Source: Marsupella aquatica | Taxonomy: Eukaryota > Plantae > Marchantiophyta | Assembly: GCA_973895155.1 (NCBI GenBank) | Contig: OZ316894.1 | Coordinates: 12,564,828-12,628,827 of the forward strand | Direction of reading: 5' to 3' | Length of the DNA: 64,000 bases | In this document: positions 25,373 through 38,871 of the stretch, piece by piece | Position numbering within the stretch: position 1 is the stretch's first letter | Layout: each line of letters starts with the position of its first letter | The notes under the pieces: model-generated | What the model saw: the letters and a program-made list of their open reading frames with translations, nothing else | Database searches by the model: none | What the model was told of the DNA's origin: nothing | Program-made: the position numbers and the translations under genes

Positions 25373-27149
25373 AACCTGCAATTGCATTATATTTCACAAC
25401 ATCATTTCTACATATCTACCGAGTAACACCTTTTTATTTCTTGCCCCACACAATGAGCATGCCTGGAAAAGTTTGCAAAATGCGCCCAAAAAGACTAGCT
25501 TTGCATTGTTGTATGTAGAGAGTGGTAGCTGGCAAACCTCTCTTTCACTCAAAAAGTAAGTGTTTTTTATTTAACCTTGAATGAGCTTCATTTATTACAA
25601 TCACGTTCTCAATACTTCTGAACAGATAGGATGAATAGTGTTAATGAGTGAAATTAGTGTCATCTTGGAATCCCACACATATTTACCATTTAAACCAGAG
25701 CCAGTGAACATTAGTGAAATGCTCTGCAAGTCTTTTATGCACAAGATCCTCATAGGTGACCCCAAAAACAAAGGCATTGGAGTTTTGAGGGGCTATTAAT
25801 TAAATGCCCCTAATGCCCTGGTAACAAATTACACTCAAAGGCCTTAGATGTAGTTATTTTACTATTTTTTTTGTAAAACTTTTGACAAGTTTCATAGTGT
25901 GCCCTGGCCCTGGATTGTGCATTCTGGTAGCAAAAACACTATAAGGGACAAAGAGAACAAATCACCTTGCATTAGTTCTTCCCAATTGAGCTTCTAGAGG
26001 TTTCCAATTTGGGAGAATTGAGATATTCTAAATTGCCATTCTGTTTGGTTGATAAGGTGGTTGATTTGCCACTGTGTTTAGTATACTTAAGTTATCACCG
26101 TTTTCCATGGCCAACCAAAGCAAAGCAACTCTGGTTAGCTTGAGGTCCTGATTTGACATCCTGCCAAATTTCACCATCAGACAGTCATTACCATCCCCTC
26201 ACCTCAATGGCCCCACACGCAACAAGTTGGAAGGGCAAGGTAGGGCAGCAACCTAAACTGCTCTAGGTGGGGCCTGAGCAAGGTGGAACCCATGAGTGAC
26301 AAGGAAAGGAAACATGTGGTTCTTATGGTCAATGACATAGATGACCATCTACATCATGGTTAAATATACCCAAAGGTTGACCTAGTACAATTTGTAAAAA
26401 TACCCCAGACCTGTCAGAGGACTTTTAACAGCTAACTTTAAGTCATTTGGATTTTTTGGTTTAGATATTTGTAGACTGAACCCTATTTCAAAGGAATGAG
26501 TGTTATAAACGCCCCCAAAAGAAGGTTTCAGACCACATTTTTAGGGGTTACTATTGCCCATAAAGCTGGCTAATACTCCATGAAAGATTTTCCAATGTCC
26601 ACTAGAAGTAGAAATATCATTGTGTTGAAGACAACCGGTCACCATCTTGCAGATTTGTGTCATGCAACCCCGCATTTGCATTTAAGACTTGGGTTTGAGC
26701 GACTATTCTAGTTTGCAACAATCACAATTAGTTTAAGGCACTGTGAGGTAGATGCGATGGCTAGTGAATGTTCAGCGCTAGGTTTTCAACCCGCCTCGGT
26801 CCAACCTAGGAGACGATGACACTAGATAGGTTAAAGGTAGCATTAAAAGTAGGTAGTTGGCAGGTTTAGCCCATTTGTGATCATTCTAATTATGCACCTC
26901 ATTGTTGTCATTAGTGGGATTCATCCATTGTTTGAGAGGGCCCTACAATTTTCAGATTTCCTTAGGAGACATCCCCATTCCTTGGAGTCCAGGGGATATT
27001 CCTCTTGGGGTCTACTTAATTCACTTCAATTTTAAAGTAAATCCGGTTATAGTTCTTGCATTCTCGCTAGGCAGTGCTTGTCGGTTATGGAGAAATGGCC
27101 ATTGCATAGCGGTTTTGTCAATTACAAAGATGGCGATCAGTTTTTTATT

Positions 27150-27369
27150 GTTGAGTAGTGCTTACATAACTATCCTATGATTTTTTTGTCCATTTTAGCA
27201 CCATAGATTTGTAAGAAACATACCATCAACTTTGGACTAGATAGCAATGCGACGGCGGACGGTTGAGTAGTGCTTGCATAACTATCCTATGATTGGTTTT
27301 TTTTGTCCATTTTAGCACCATAGATTTGTAAGAAATGTACGGTCAACTTCGGACTAGATAGCAATGCGA
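27150..27369. repeat. ~110-bp tandem duplication (2 copies)
   Basis: GTTGAGTAGTGCTTRCATAACTATCCTATGATT...GGACTAGATAGCAATGCGA at 27150 and 27262. Confidence 0.85.
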
Positions 27370-27991
27370 AACATGAGAGCGCTCAATCTCACACTACACT
27401 AACAAGACACCACGATGAAGAAACTCCTGAAGGATCCATAGGTCATGCGAAAGTACATGTGAAGAATGACGGAGAGAATGCTCTCCCTCCAACCTATACC
27501 CCCAAGGGGGCGAAGATGTGTGGGCCTAAACTAAACAGATCTTATCCAAAAGTAATCTAGGGTAAACTAACCCTAGTAAGGCCAAGCTAACTAGAAGCAG
27601 GTAACTTGAATCAATTCCTAAAAATATTTGTTTATTTTGGACTCACTTTGTCTCATTTTTATTCAAGTAAATAGGATACTTTTTTTCCTATTTCTGTATG
27701 CAAGTAGGTAGTTAACAGACTAGCAAGTGTATTCACTAAAGAGTTCCGCAACTACGACACAACTGGCACATCAACACACTTTAGCATGAAATTTAACTTA
27801 TAGTAGTTGTTTCTACTTCTCCTTTCTTCATAGTTACTTGAAGACAAAGGCAAACCCGAATTTCATGCAACCTCAAATTGTACTTTCTTTATGGAGTGGA
27901 TAAATTTCAAAATGTACTTGCACATTTTATGGGCAATCTCTTCCACCAAGTTCATAAAATTATACAACAAGAAACTTCTTGCAGGGTTAGT

Positions 27992-28084
27992 AATGCCCTA
28001 TTGTGATGGGATAACTCCTCTCCCAAAATGCTTAAAGTTGTTGCCACCAATTTTTTGAGTCAGCTTGTAAATACTTTGCCACTA
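27992..28084 (+). pseudogene. Possible hAT transposase C-terminal dimerisation-domain remnant
   Basis: The frame reads NALL*WDNSSPKMLKVVATNFLSQLVNT, resembling the hAT pattern WW...P.L..VA..ILSQ. Short and degenerate. Confidence 0.3.
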
Positions 28085-31000
28085 ATAATGTTCTAATTAA
28101 GCATATTGCCACGGTTTTGTATGTGGATGACAGTTTTATCAAGGGTAACCAGGGGAACTATATACAAAATCCTGGACATATTTGTGAGTTTAGATAAAAT
28201 AGTGGCAGTATTGTAAATTCAAGCACCTTTAGTGGTAATGTAATTAAAAGTCGTTTTTTGAGATGGGCCCATAATGCTATCGTAACAAGGCTGATCAATA
28301 CAACAAAATACACGATCCAAACATCCACTAGGGGATAAAGCATCTACAATTGCTAATATATTAGGCCCATTGCTAGGCATGATATCCCCAAATCAAGAAC
28401 TTCAAAAATTATCATATTAGGGCACTAAGGGGCATAATGCCCTAAACCAAGAGCTTGAGTTTTGAGTGGGTATATTGCACATAGTGCTCGAGTGATAGGG
28501 GAAAATTTTGAGGCTGCTATATGGCCAAACACCTTTTGGTTGTCTTGTCTTATTCATGTTGCTTGTCATGTATTTTTATATGCATTTGACCTAGTCTAGG
28601 CATTTGTTTTGTATTATTTGAAATTTAGTAATAACTTCTAAATTTTTTAAATGCCTTAATTTCAATCAGGTACTTTAGAGTAAATGTTACCTTTTTAAGA
28701 CTCTACTTTGGCTATGCTCACAATTAGTCCTTATTTCTGAGAAGGAGACTCTCACCAGGCTCAAAGGGGCAACTAGAATTGAACAATTGGGTGGAGTGTA
28801 GCTTATATCCCCATTGGTTGATAACTTTACAATACTTATGGTTTATACATCAGTGTCACCTGAATAAAGAGCCCCTAAAAATACAGCTCAAAATTAAAGG
28901 TTAAAAGGTTCACTTATTTCTCTTTCAACTAATATTGTACCCACACTACAATAGTTAAACAGAGTGGACAATAGTTAATGTAATTATCTTTTTCAAAGTG
29001 AGAAAGTATTCTACCTCTAGTTGAAAGAGAATCACTACAAGACAAATAAGCAAACATGTTCCAGGATGAGCATGCTATATTGCACATAATGCTCGGGTGA
29101 CAAGGGAAAATGATACTTCCATGGAGTTTAATTGTAATAAGTTGATGTTCACAAATTCAAATTTATTCTAGTTCTGAGTATTTGTTACAGACCCCCATTA
29201 GGGGTCCTTTCCAAAATTCCTGGCTCCACAGCGTGCCACATCATCATGGGCAAACAGGAAGAGACTTGTTTTTAGATAGAATTAACTTCTACATTCGTGT
29301 TTGTGGCAAGTTTGCTGTAAAAACTGGGATGCCATGCCGTAAAAAGAATGTAAAAAAAACTGACATGCAAATGAAAAGACAAAAAGATTGAGGTAAAACT
29401 GCTCCCAGTAACGGTTTTATTTACATTTTGATTTTATTCAAAATATAAAATTTTCCTGGCAACAATTTTTGATTTGACATTGCTGAGTCAAATCATAATG
29501 AAAACTCACGTATAATATGGCGTTGGAAAGATCTTGAAGAGACGTTCCTAATAAGCTTAGCATTGTCACCATTCAATAAGAATTGAGTAAGTAATTTGAA
29601 AAATAGATTTTACCCGTGATTTCATAATCTCTAAAGTGAATAAAAATCTTTGTTGTACAACCCCTGAAATGTTGACCCCTTCCATGAGAATGAACCTAAA
29701 ATTGATAGATTTTATCGAGTAGTAAGGAGATTATGAATTGTAGAATTTCTTTAACTTTTTAATGAACTTAACATTGATAAATTTAATTTAGTTTTGAGGG
29801 GATTCTAAGTTTCCAATGTTCTCTAGCTTTCCAATGAGTGTGACAATAGTTCATATTGCAATTGGTTTTGTGATTGATGTTAATTATGGTTGCCTTGGTA
29901 AGCTTGGCAACTGTTTCAAGTGTCAATAAAACATTGACTTGTCCATTTTTGAATTTTTGTTTCTTTAGAATGGGAGGTCCATCTAGGCTTCAGTTTCTAG
30001 ATAACTGCATCTAAAATAACATGGGGGTCCATGGATTAACTCCTAGGTGAGCTACACATCCATGAAAGTGACAATGAAATTCTACAGTAGTCATTTTGGT
30101 TGAGTTATTCATCATGGAATGCCTAAAGGTAAATTCTATTAGATAAATTTTCATTGTGTTAATATGAAATACCCTAATATGTGTTTTTCATGTCTCCTCC
30201 TTCTCTAGTTGCCTTGTAGGTGAAAAACTAAAACTTTATCTTGAGACTACAATATCAAGTTACAAGCCCAAAACTCTCATGGACCACCACGGGAGCAATG
30301 TGTCTAACATGGAGGTCCATCCGGGCTTCACTTTTGGGGGTGACAGGGAGTTTAACACACTTAAAGGTCCAAAACATTTTTATTTTTATTCATTTAAGTA
30401 AAAGGAGAGAATAATTTTCATATTGAGTCTATCCAAATCTTGATCGTGCATGCCCTGAAACTTACTAAGAGAAAAACCACTAAGGGCAATATATCAACAA
30501 GGCTCTGGAAATCCGAAGGGCTTACAAGCAATTCTGTGGCATCCTTTGTTACTATCATAAATGCCCAGGGGAGATGAAACCTCCCTAAGATGATGACCAC
30601 TGTAGCTCCACATTTGTTATGATGACATCAAAGGTGGTGGAATGAATGTACATCCCCTGTCGCAGGAGAAGGAAACTCGTCAAATTCTAGCTTAACTCTG
30701 GGAATTGGTAAACACAAGCAAGCACACAACAGTATTGAGTTAATTGCTCATCACGGTAAGTGTGGTCTCCACACGCAAATCTGTGCTGGGAATCAAACGA
30801 GTAAGGTTCATCTCAGAATGTGGAAAGGGAGATCTAGCCAAGCTTCCCGGAGTTCCAAAGATATGGAGATGGGTAATTGTAGTATCATATCCGTTGTTGA
30901 GAACGTCTGACAGGAAACTAGTATATAGTCTTTCTCGTGCAGGGTGTTGTGTTTCTTTTCGGCCTTTCTCGAAAAATTGGTGGCAGCAATGTCTGAAAGG

Positions 31001-31642
31001 TGTTGCTAAATTGCCAGTAGCCTGTTACTGTCAGCAGTCTTCCAGGTTGCCCCTCGCACGCCCACATGCATGCAACCGTTATCTGTCTTCGGAATTGTGA
31101 CCGTTGACAAATTCCCCGAGACACGTTAATGTCCAAGAGGAAGTTCAACCAAGAAGCAGCGTCGAATGTCCAATAAGTGTAACTGTACGTAAATTCTTAC
31201 GATATTGCTACTATGTACTATTCGTCTGTCGGCAATTTGCATTACTTGTTCCAAGTGCAAGCAAGCCTGGACGTGGGTTGCCACTTTAGTAAGACAAACC
31301 ATATGGAAGAAATTCGCTGAATGTGGGACTTACGAAAGTAATGTGCTTGCAAAAAGAATAGAGACAGTGTGTGTCTATCCCAACTTCATATCCTCGCTGC
31401 CTTTGGCAACAGAGAAGGAAGATTTAATTGCGCAATGAATTGGTAATACAGAAGCGTACAATGCTTTTGGTGGGGACGGTTGCCAACTCAGCAACTTCGA
31501 GCTTTTAACTATGTTGTGGCCTACCTAATTATCGCTGAAACTGCTCAGACAATAAATGTTCATCTAGTGCCGTAAAGTATAAACATTGTGCACTTTCAGT
31601 GCAGCTACTTGAATTTCCTAAATCGAATTGGCAAGTGTTGGA

Positions 31643-33755
31643 TTACACATCACTTCCCAAGTCAAAGCAACTTAAATTAGCTGGAGAGAGGGTCGCCACC
31701 GATTGGAATTTGGAGCTGGAGTACTTCTTGTGCACCACCATCAGCTTCGCCTCGGCCGACTTTTGGTGTAGTCCTACCATCAAGCGTGCGCAGGCCCTGA
31801 GACACGAATTACAGCTCATGAGCTTCAAACGCTCGACAAGCATTACAGTGGGTCCTGACCTGAATCTGGAAGATTGGCATGGCAGACTATGCAAGGGCAA
31901 TTGCTTACCTACTGTCAAGCGGCGCAGTCCCTGGAATCAAATTGCAGCTCATGATCTATGCTACGGTAGGTCCTGTTTTGACCTGAACACAATGCAGCTA
32001 GATTGGCACGGAAGAAGAGGCGTAGGGCAGTCGCTAACCTCAGCTCCGATTCATCGTATCCGGAATGGCGGGACAACGTAGGAGTCCAATATGGCGACTT
32101 TTGTAGAGTGTGATGTGCTGTGAATACAGCTGATGCTGCTAGTAGAGACGGGGAGTATCTGACCGCAACATACTCTGTCAAGCACAGCTCTACAAAGAAG
32201 AATGCCAATGTTTCTGTCTGCTTGTCAGACGATGCGGCCTTCAGACACCGAACCATAAACACGTAGGGAGTAGGGACAGTGAGGTTGAAACGCAGCGTGT
32301 TGAGCATCGCCTTCTCCTGAAAATCATAGCGAGTGACAAGGTTCAGGAGGACTGGACATAAGGTGCGTGATACCTCTGCAGTAACAGGGCGATCCCAGAC
32401 TGAATCAATTACGCACCGCGATAGGGAAACAGAGCAATTGCGGCTGTCAGAATTGCTCACCATTGCCAGTACTTGTTGTCTGGTGTAGGCATCGTCGGAG
32501 ATAAACACGATCGCCTCGACCTGCAGGCACATATTCAGAGGCGAATCATCTATGTCAGAATGCAGCCTGGCAGCCAAAGCGCCGTGTACGTGATCTTGGC
32601 AAAGATTGAGCAGGTCAAGTAACATTGTGAATATGAATCATTACCTCTGGAGCGATAATTTCCTCGTACTTTGCAGCAAGAAGCATGGCCGTAACCCCAA
32701 CTAGTTGAAGAGTTTTTCTTGAGACGCTCTCAAGAGACAGGTACCGGTCTAGCAGATTAGTTGTCAAAAACAGAGTCTCTGGCATGAGCCCGAATTTGAG
32801 ATGCACCTGCAAGCAGAGTAAAAGGGAAAAGAGCGTGAGTGTCTCGTTGGCATGGTTAAGCCTAATTTATGAATGCTCGAAAATTCAGACAGTCTTTTGA
32901 TGTGGAGTCTGAACGAAGGATACAGCAGAGATACTAGTTGGAGCCATGAATCCTAAAAATCTACGAATCATGGGAAGACTTTGGAATCCTACCTCGATAA
33001 GCCAATCGATCAAGATCGCTCGCATTTTGTCGTTGATGTCACCTTGGCGACACATGTAGTCAGGAGCTACGCAGCTTTGGACCTGCGTATCAAGTTTCAA
33101 CTGGTTAAGAGCTTTGCTCAAATGCGGCAGAACTCAAAATTATTCACTTTCGCACTTTTCATGTAGAGGCTAGAAAGTGTTGGCACCATACCTCTGTCTT
33201 GCGATAGAAGCTGTATATGTCCTCCACGTAGTCGACCACGCAGAGCTGATTGTTGGCATCTCCCTCATCGATATTGTGCACATGCTCCTCTGCGTCCATC
33301 ATCTCGATGTCATGTCTGATAATGGCTTCACTACGGGCAGTGAGCGTCGCTGTTAGAGTGGGCACTTTCTTCGCTGCAGCATTACGGGTACTGCGAGTGA
33401 GTGGTTTCAGACGGGGTGGATGTCCAGCGGGAACTGGGAGGGGAATTGCGGCTTCACATTCTGTGCTGCTACTCTTGTCATGAGCATTGTTCTCCTCCGA
33501 GACAGCTTCCGTCTTCGCTTCAACCTTCCCATCCGATCCACACACCACAGTTCGTCGCTGCTTAGCTCCCCAGGTCGTCACAATATCTTGCTTGGGGTTG
33601 ATCGCGCCATCTTTACTCACGTGGCATCTCACTGCCATTGCACCCACAAGATTTCCAATGTCACCAAGAGCTCGTCTGGTGTTCGCGGCCGGCGGAGCTC
33701 TCGCTGCAACATTGTCGCGGGCCACTGGTGGTCTCTCCACTCTCGTTCCTGCCAT
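31643..33755 (-). CDS. CYCB1: G2/mitotic-specific B-type cyclin, 6 coding exons, ~435 aa
   Basis: Exons (minus strand): 33755-33192, 33082-32993, 32806-32645, 32520-32461, 32316-32039, 31796-31643, total 1308 nt. D-box [29 protein letters not shown], cyclin box [55 protein letters not shown]. Confidence 0.94.
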
Positions 33756-34252
33756 TCTGCTTGACTCCTCCCGAGCACGCTTGAAGCGCCCTGCTCTTTC
33801 CTTGTCCACTCCTATTATTCGTGGGCTACGAGGAACGCTCGAGTGCGCGTCCTCACAATACAATTTCTATCTAATTCACCGCTCTAAACTATTTCAGATT
33901 CCTTCATGTGAAGTTCCTGGCCCACGGATTTCCCACACGAAGACAGCAATCGTAGTCGCAGTGACAGGACTCACTCGTGATCGACTGATATCTCACATTC
34001 TATGCTACAATTCTCTCTAATTCGCCTCTTTACAATGATCCCAATCCTGCGTATGTGTGTAACTTCTTCCGGGCCCCGAATTCTCCACACTGAACTGATC
34101 CCGACTGTACTCTATTCGCGTTGATAGGATCGTGATACTTAATTGTGATCGACTGAGATCATTCACCACAATCTCCCTCTCACCTGGAGCGGAGTCTGCC
34201 TGCTCTGCGGGTAATGTAAGAAGTCCCCCACTGCCTCGGCTTCGGGTGTGTC

Positions 34253-34292
34253 TCGAACGGCTAGCGGAAGCTACAAACCCGTTCGAACGGTC
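34253..34292 (-). promoter_or_regulatory. MSA-like (AACGG) elements in the cyclin B promoter
   Basis: TCGAACGGCT (34253) and CCGTTCGAACGGTC (34279-34292, two cores back to back). They lie just upstream of a probable 5'UTR intron donor (CAG|GTGAG at ~34183, minus strand). Plant CYCB promoters carry MYB3R-bound MSA elements. Confidence 0.6.
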
Positions 34293-34360
34293 GGCTGATT
34301 ATGACCGACGGGTTCCGGTACAACCCGTAATCACGGGTTGACAATAATTCGTCCCTCTCC

Positions 34361-34613
34361 TGACAAAACGGAAATCCATAATTCCCTTAGGGAACCTGTA
34401 ATGCCTTGACAACGGAAATCCATAATTCCCTTAGGGAACTAACCCTGTAATGCCTTGACAACGGAAATCCATAATTTCCTTAGGGAACTCTGTAATGCCT
34501 TGACATAAATTCATATCCGTAGTTCTCTGGAACCTGTAATGTCTTGACAGAAATTCATAATGCACTATTTCCTTAGGGAACCTGAATTGCATTGACAGAA
34601 ATTCATAATGCAC
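34361..34613. repeat. ~44-48-bp tandem repeat, ~6 progressively degenerate units
   Basis: Unit TTGACAACGGAAATCCATAATTCCCTTAGGGAACCTGTAATGCC, with the internal palindrome TTCCCT-T-AGGGAA. Confidence 0.88.
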
Positions 34614-34858
34614 AGGGTCCTGTCAGGAATGCACTTGTAGTAAAATTCATATTTTTCAAGTGAGAACATTTCTCAAGTTGCAGGCTTAGGGAATGACCTT
34701 GTGACCAGAAAGTGAGAAAATGCTGACAAATGCTCACCGAAAACAGCCAGGAAGTTTTTTGCCCTAACCCAAACAGTCATTATCATATGTAATATTTGCC
34801 CAAAAAAAAGGATTACCAGGTAAGATTTTCTGGGCAAGGAGGCTATGCTGTTTCTTCT

Positions 34859-34934
34859 GTTCTGTTTTCTGAGTAGGAGCCACACTCTGTTCATGTGTTC
34901 TGTTTTCTCAGTGGGAGCCACACTCTGGTCATGT
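34859..34934. repeat. 38-bp tandem duplication
   Basis: GTTCTGTTTTCTSAGTRGGAGCCACACTCTGKTCATGT x2. Confidence 0.75.
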
Positions 34935-37900
34935 TTCTTGGCAGGTTCTATTTCGGTGTCATGGCCAACGCTGAATTCTTGTAACAATTCCGACTGAAAG
35001 TGTATACACACTTTAGTCACAAAGTGGATAGTTTCATGTATAAAAATCATTCAGTTTTATTGAAAGGTGACCAGAATATTGATCAATCCCAGTGATGTGA
35101 CAAAAGAATATAAACTTGAAGTTTGTGATGAATGTGTAAGCAGTAAAATAGTGCATGTTACAGGATGATTATGTATAAGCAATTGCGTAACTAGCCTCAC
35201 TACATGAGAACTCTCTCTCAACAATGGAGTATCACTATCTACAACATTAGCTTGTACCTACTCTATTCTTCTTATCTTAGTTCCTTGTTATTTCGCTGAG
35301 CAAACTTGATGGGCACACTACAATTATGGAAGGAATTCTCTGAATGTGATGACTTTGGCAGCAATGACATTCTTTTGAGCAGCTCTGGATCCTTGGTCAG
35401 AATTGCATTCTCCAAGTCAAAATAGTCAAAAAAATTCTCCCAAGACCTCTTGATGTTTGAACCATCTGAAATTATCGGAGAACCTTTCTCCTCCATACGT
35501 TGTTCCTCTCCTACCTGCCAATTCACAGCAGGAATACGTAAATGTGATTAAAGTTCAGATTCACACCTGAATAAACCATCAACATAATAGAGTTCTAACT
35601 CACCCTGCTTACAAGCGGCTTCAAACCAGAGCAACATCCTAAAAGCTCCTCTTGCACTAATTTCTTTGAAACATGTGACAAGGCTTTCTCACATTCCAGT
35701 GCAGGATTGCTTGACACTAGCATAGTTGCTTCCATCTTAAGTTGTTGTGTTCAATCATTCCTCAGATAGCCCCCAGTTGAATGGACAATAGGTCCCATTG
35801 CCAACACTTGCATTCATGTAACTCACTCTCAATGAAGCCAGATGTCTATCTCAATTTGTGGTAGAAGGTAGTGATGTCTGTCTATCCAACCATTTTGGTG
35901 CTTCTAATCCGTTGGTGGATCTCACCATCATTATCCAGTCTCCATGTTCCACCTGACATCCGAGACTTGCTTAATCCTCCGGTTGGTCACAAATCTCCTT
36001 AGGTCCACCCCTCCCTGTTCAATCAACTGATTGTTACGTAGATACAACAAAATAGTTCACTCAATGGAAAGTTTGGTAGGAAGCATACCAATCTTTCATT
36101 TGAATGATGCTATAATTGTCATCATGACCTTATTGAATATATTATAACTGTCATTGTGACCTTAATACTATGAATACATTGTGGAGGCTGAATGGGGAAA
36201 AAATGGAATGAGAAGCAATGAGGGTCACAAGCAACACTTACATAGTTCATGAGAATTGTGTGGCGTGCATCCACCTTGTGCCCTAATCTATGGCGAGGCT
36301 CACTCACCTGCTTTGCTGTGGTTTTGTTGTCCATTTGTACTCTCAGGATTGTGGGAGTATAAGCAGCAGTACTCAGCTCCACTATATTCTTTTTGAATCC
36401 CTCCTCAGTCATTGTAGATGGCTTCACCTACTTCCCTGTCTGGGGCTGCAGGGTAGCTTTCACCTTTGCCACTCATGCCCATCTCCCAATCATTCTTGAA
36501 CTTAGCCTGGTTGTATATAATTGCCTAAGGCATTCTATCAGCCACATGTTTGCATCCTCTTTGTCTGCCAGCCTCCTCAATGGTCATGGGGACTGTGGTG
36601 ATGCACTTCAGCTCTATGGTCAGCCGCCAATCTGCAGGAGGCAGGGCATCACAAAAAACTAGCATAGACCACATTTCATATATAAAATTTACTGAAAATT
36701 CTGATATTAAGTACATTGTCACAACTTAAATTTTGGTAGCAAGAGCATTAGGTAAACAAGGCTACCCTCAACACTGTTTAAATCTAGAAGTGGACCTTAG
36801 CCTGATCAGCTTTGAAGTATTCAAAGCCTGCCACTGACAGTCCTTAATTTTATAGACGATCAATCTTGTATGTGTGACATATGCAGCCTTTCTATTCTTC
36901 TTGAATGCTATACAACCGGTGACTCTTCGGACTAGAATAATCACTTCAATGCCTTCTATTTGATAACTAGAGGAAATTTCATTGTTTGAGCCTACAAAAT
37001 ACATTCCATAATCGAGAGTATCATCCAAGGTTATATTACATCATTTGATACAAAGTTGCTTTCTGATGGAGAAGGGCATTGTGATTGGAAGCTCAAAAAG
37101 CACAGATTATATTTGAGCTCCCAATTTCTCTAGTACTCATTGTGGATGACCTGGTTTAGTCAGGTATGATGCAGCACTGAAGGTGGAAGTTAATTCAAAG
37201 CAAGGGGTTACTTTGGGGGTGGATAATTTCCAAGGTGGATAGTTTCTTTTCTGCTTCCTTTGAGGTGGAGCTGTCTCTCAGGCTGTCATAGTCAAATGAA
37301 GGTTCTACGTACATTTCCCCCTTTCTCAGAAACCACCATCAAAGCAAAAAGAGGCCAGGAATAACGGAGACTCTAGTGCGATTTCTCAAACAAGGGCACA
37401 AACCAACTACGCAACTGCTACTATAGGTTGGTGCAGAACCTTGTTCAACCTAGGCCTTAATGCTCCCTCATTCCCATAATGCGTTGTGGCTTTCAAAGAC
37501 AAGAACACACAGTTTGTGACTAGTGAGAAGATAGGGACCATGGGCCCTTCCAGCAATTGACAAGGACTTTTGAAGCTTTGGACATCTTTTTGTTAGTTTG
37601 TGTTTACTAACAAGCTGATGTGGAGATTTCAAGTTGAACTCACTCATGTTTGCGACTATGATGTTTGTGAATTTGCAGCCTCGAACAAACTAAAGAAACA
37701 AGAGTGAAAGAAGCCTCAAATCCGGGTTGCCAATTGCAAATTAAATCGCAAAAATGAGCACAGTGTCTAGCATAACTTTTTTTTCTCTTGTGCACAAAAA
37801 GAGCACTTTCTTGCTTTTTGGAGCCATTGGACAAGCATTGAAGGACAAAGCCATGAAGGGATCATGCAAGCCCATCCGACATAGTTTTGACGCTTTTGAT

Positions 37901-38833
37901 TGAATGCGACTATGCAAGACATGTCGTTTGGATTGTGAGTGGCCCAGAGTTCCTACTATGACACAAGCCACTATAGCAATTCGTTTCAGACCTCACTATA
38001 TTGTCTTAAAAGATATTTTTGTATATAGACACCCAATATGTTTTAGGTTTTCTATGCTACGGTAGCCCAATCTATCCTAGGTCAAACAAGAGATTTTGCA
38101 CACACCGATGCAACTCTAGTGTGGTGCACGGTGGACTTGTAGTCAATTAGTAGCCCTACCATTCTGTCGATCCGCAGACAAGTGTGGAGGGAGCCACAAC
38201 ACTTGGGACAACACTGGAGCAAACTAATTTGGCAAGCTTTGACCACTGTAGAGTTTGTTGGTAGCTAGCCCTGGATATCATGGGACGAGTGGAACACCAA
38301 GCTATTGGAGCAAAATCTGGAGGTGTGTGGCGTGATTGGGGTTGATTTAGCTGCCCTGTCATAGGATCAGTTGGACCAAGAATTCCACTGTGATCTGGTG
38401 TTTATTTGGTTTTGCAAAGTTCAATGAAAATCTGCTTTCAGAATTTGGGTAAGCTTTGAAGTTATGCTATGGTACTTCTTTTAAATAGCTAGGCAATTCA
38501 TAATTCATCCTGAGTTTTTAGATTCTTGAAGTTTGCGCTGAGAATTTATCATCAATCTCTATCTTACACTACCTCAAAGTGTCATCTGAGATATGCAAAG
38601 GAAAAAGGTGTAGTGTAAAGCTCCTCTTATGCAAAGGCCATGCAGAGTGAGATCAAATTGCGTTAAGTAGAGGAGATCTCCTGCTGAAAGACAAGTGAAT
38701 ATAATCGATAAGAACAGTCGATCAGCACTGGTAGACGGTGAGAATACGTGAGATCTTTGAAATTATATCCGCCTCATAGTCTTGATTGGACTACATTAGG
38801 AAAAAAGGTCTTCCTGTCCAGCACGTGGAAGTA

Positions 38834-38871
38834 AAACCGGGAGCTCCCATGGAAACCGGGAGCTCCCATGG
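38834..38871. repeat. 19-bp tandem duplication with palindromic core
   Basis: AAACCGGGAGCTCCCATGG x2, containing the palindrome GGGAGCTCCC. Confidence 0.75.

Noticed and set aside
34361-34613. CRISPR-like appearance (palindromic repeat units)
   Set aside because: The units are contiguous with no unique spacers, there are no cas genes, and the context is eukaryotic; this is an ordinary minisatellite.
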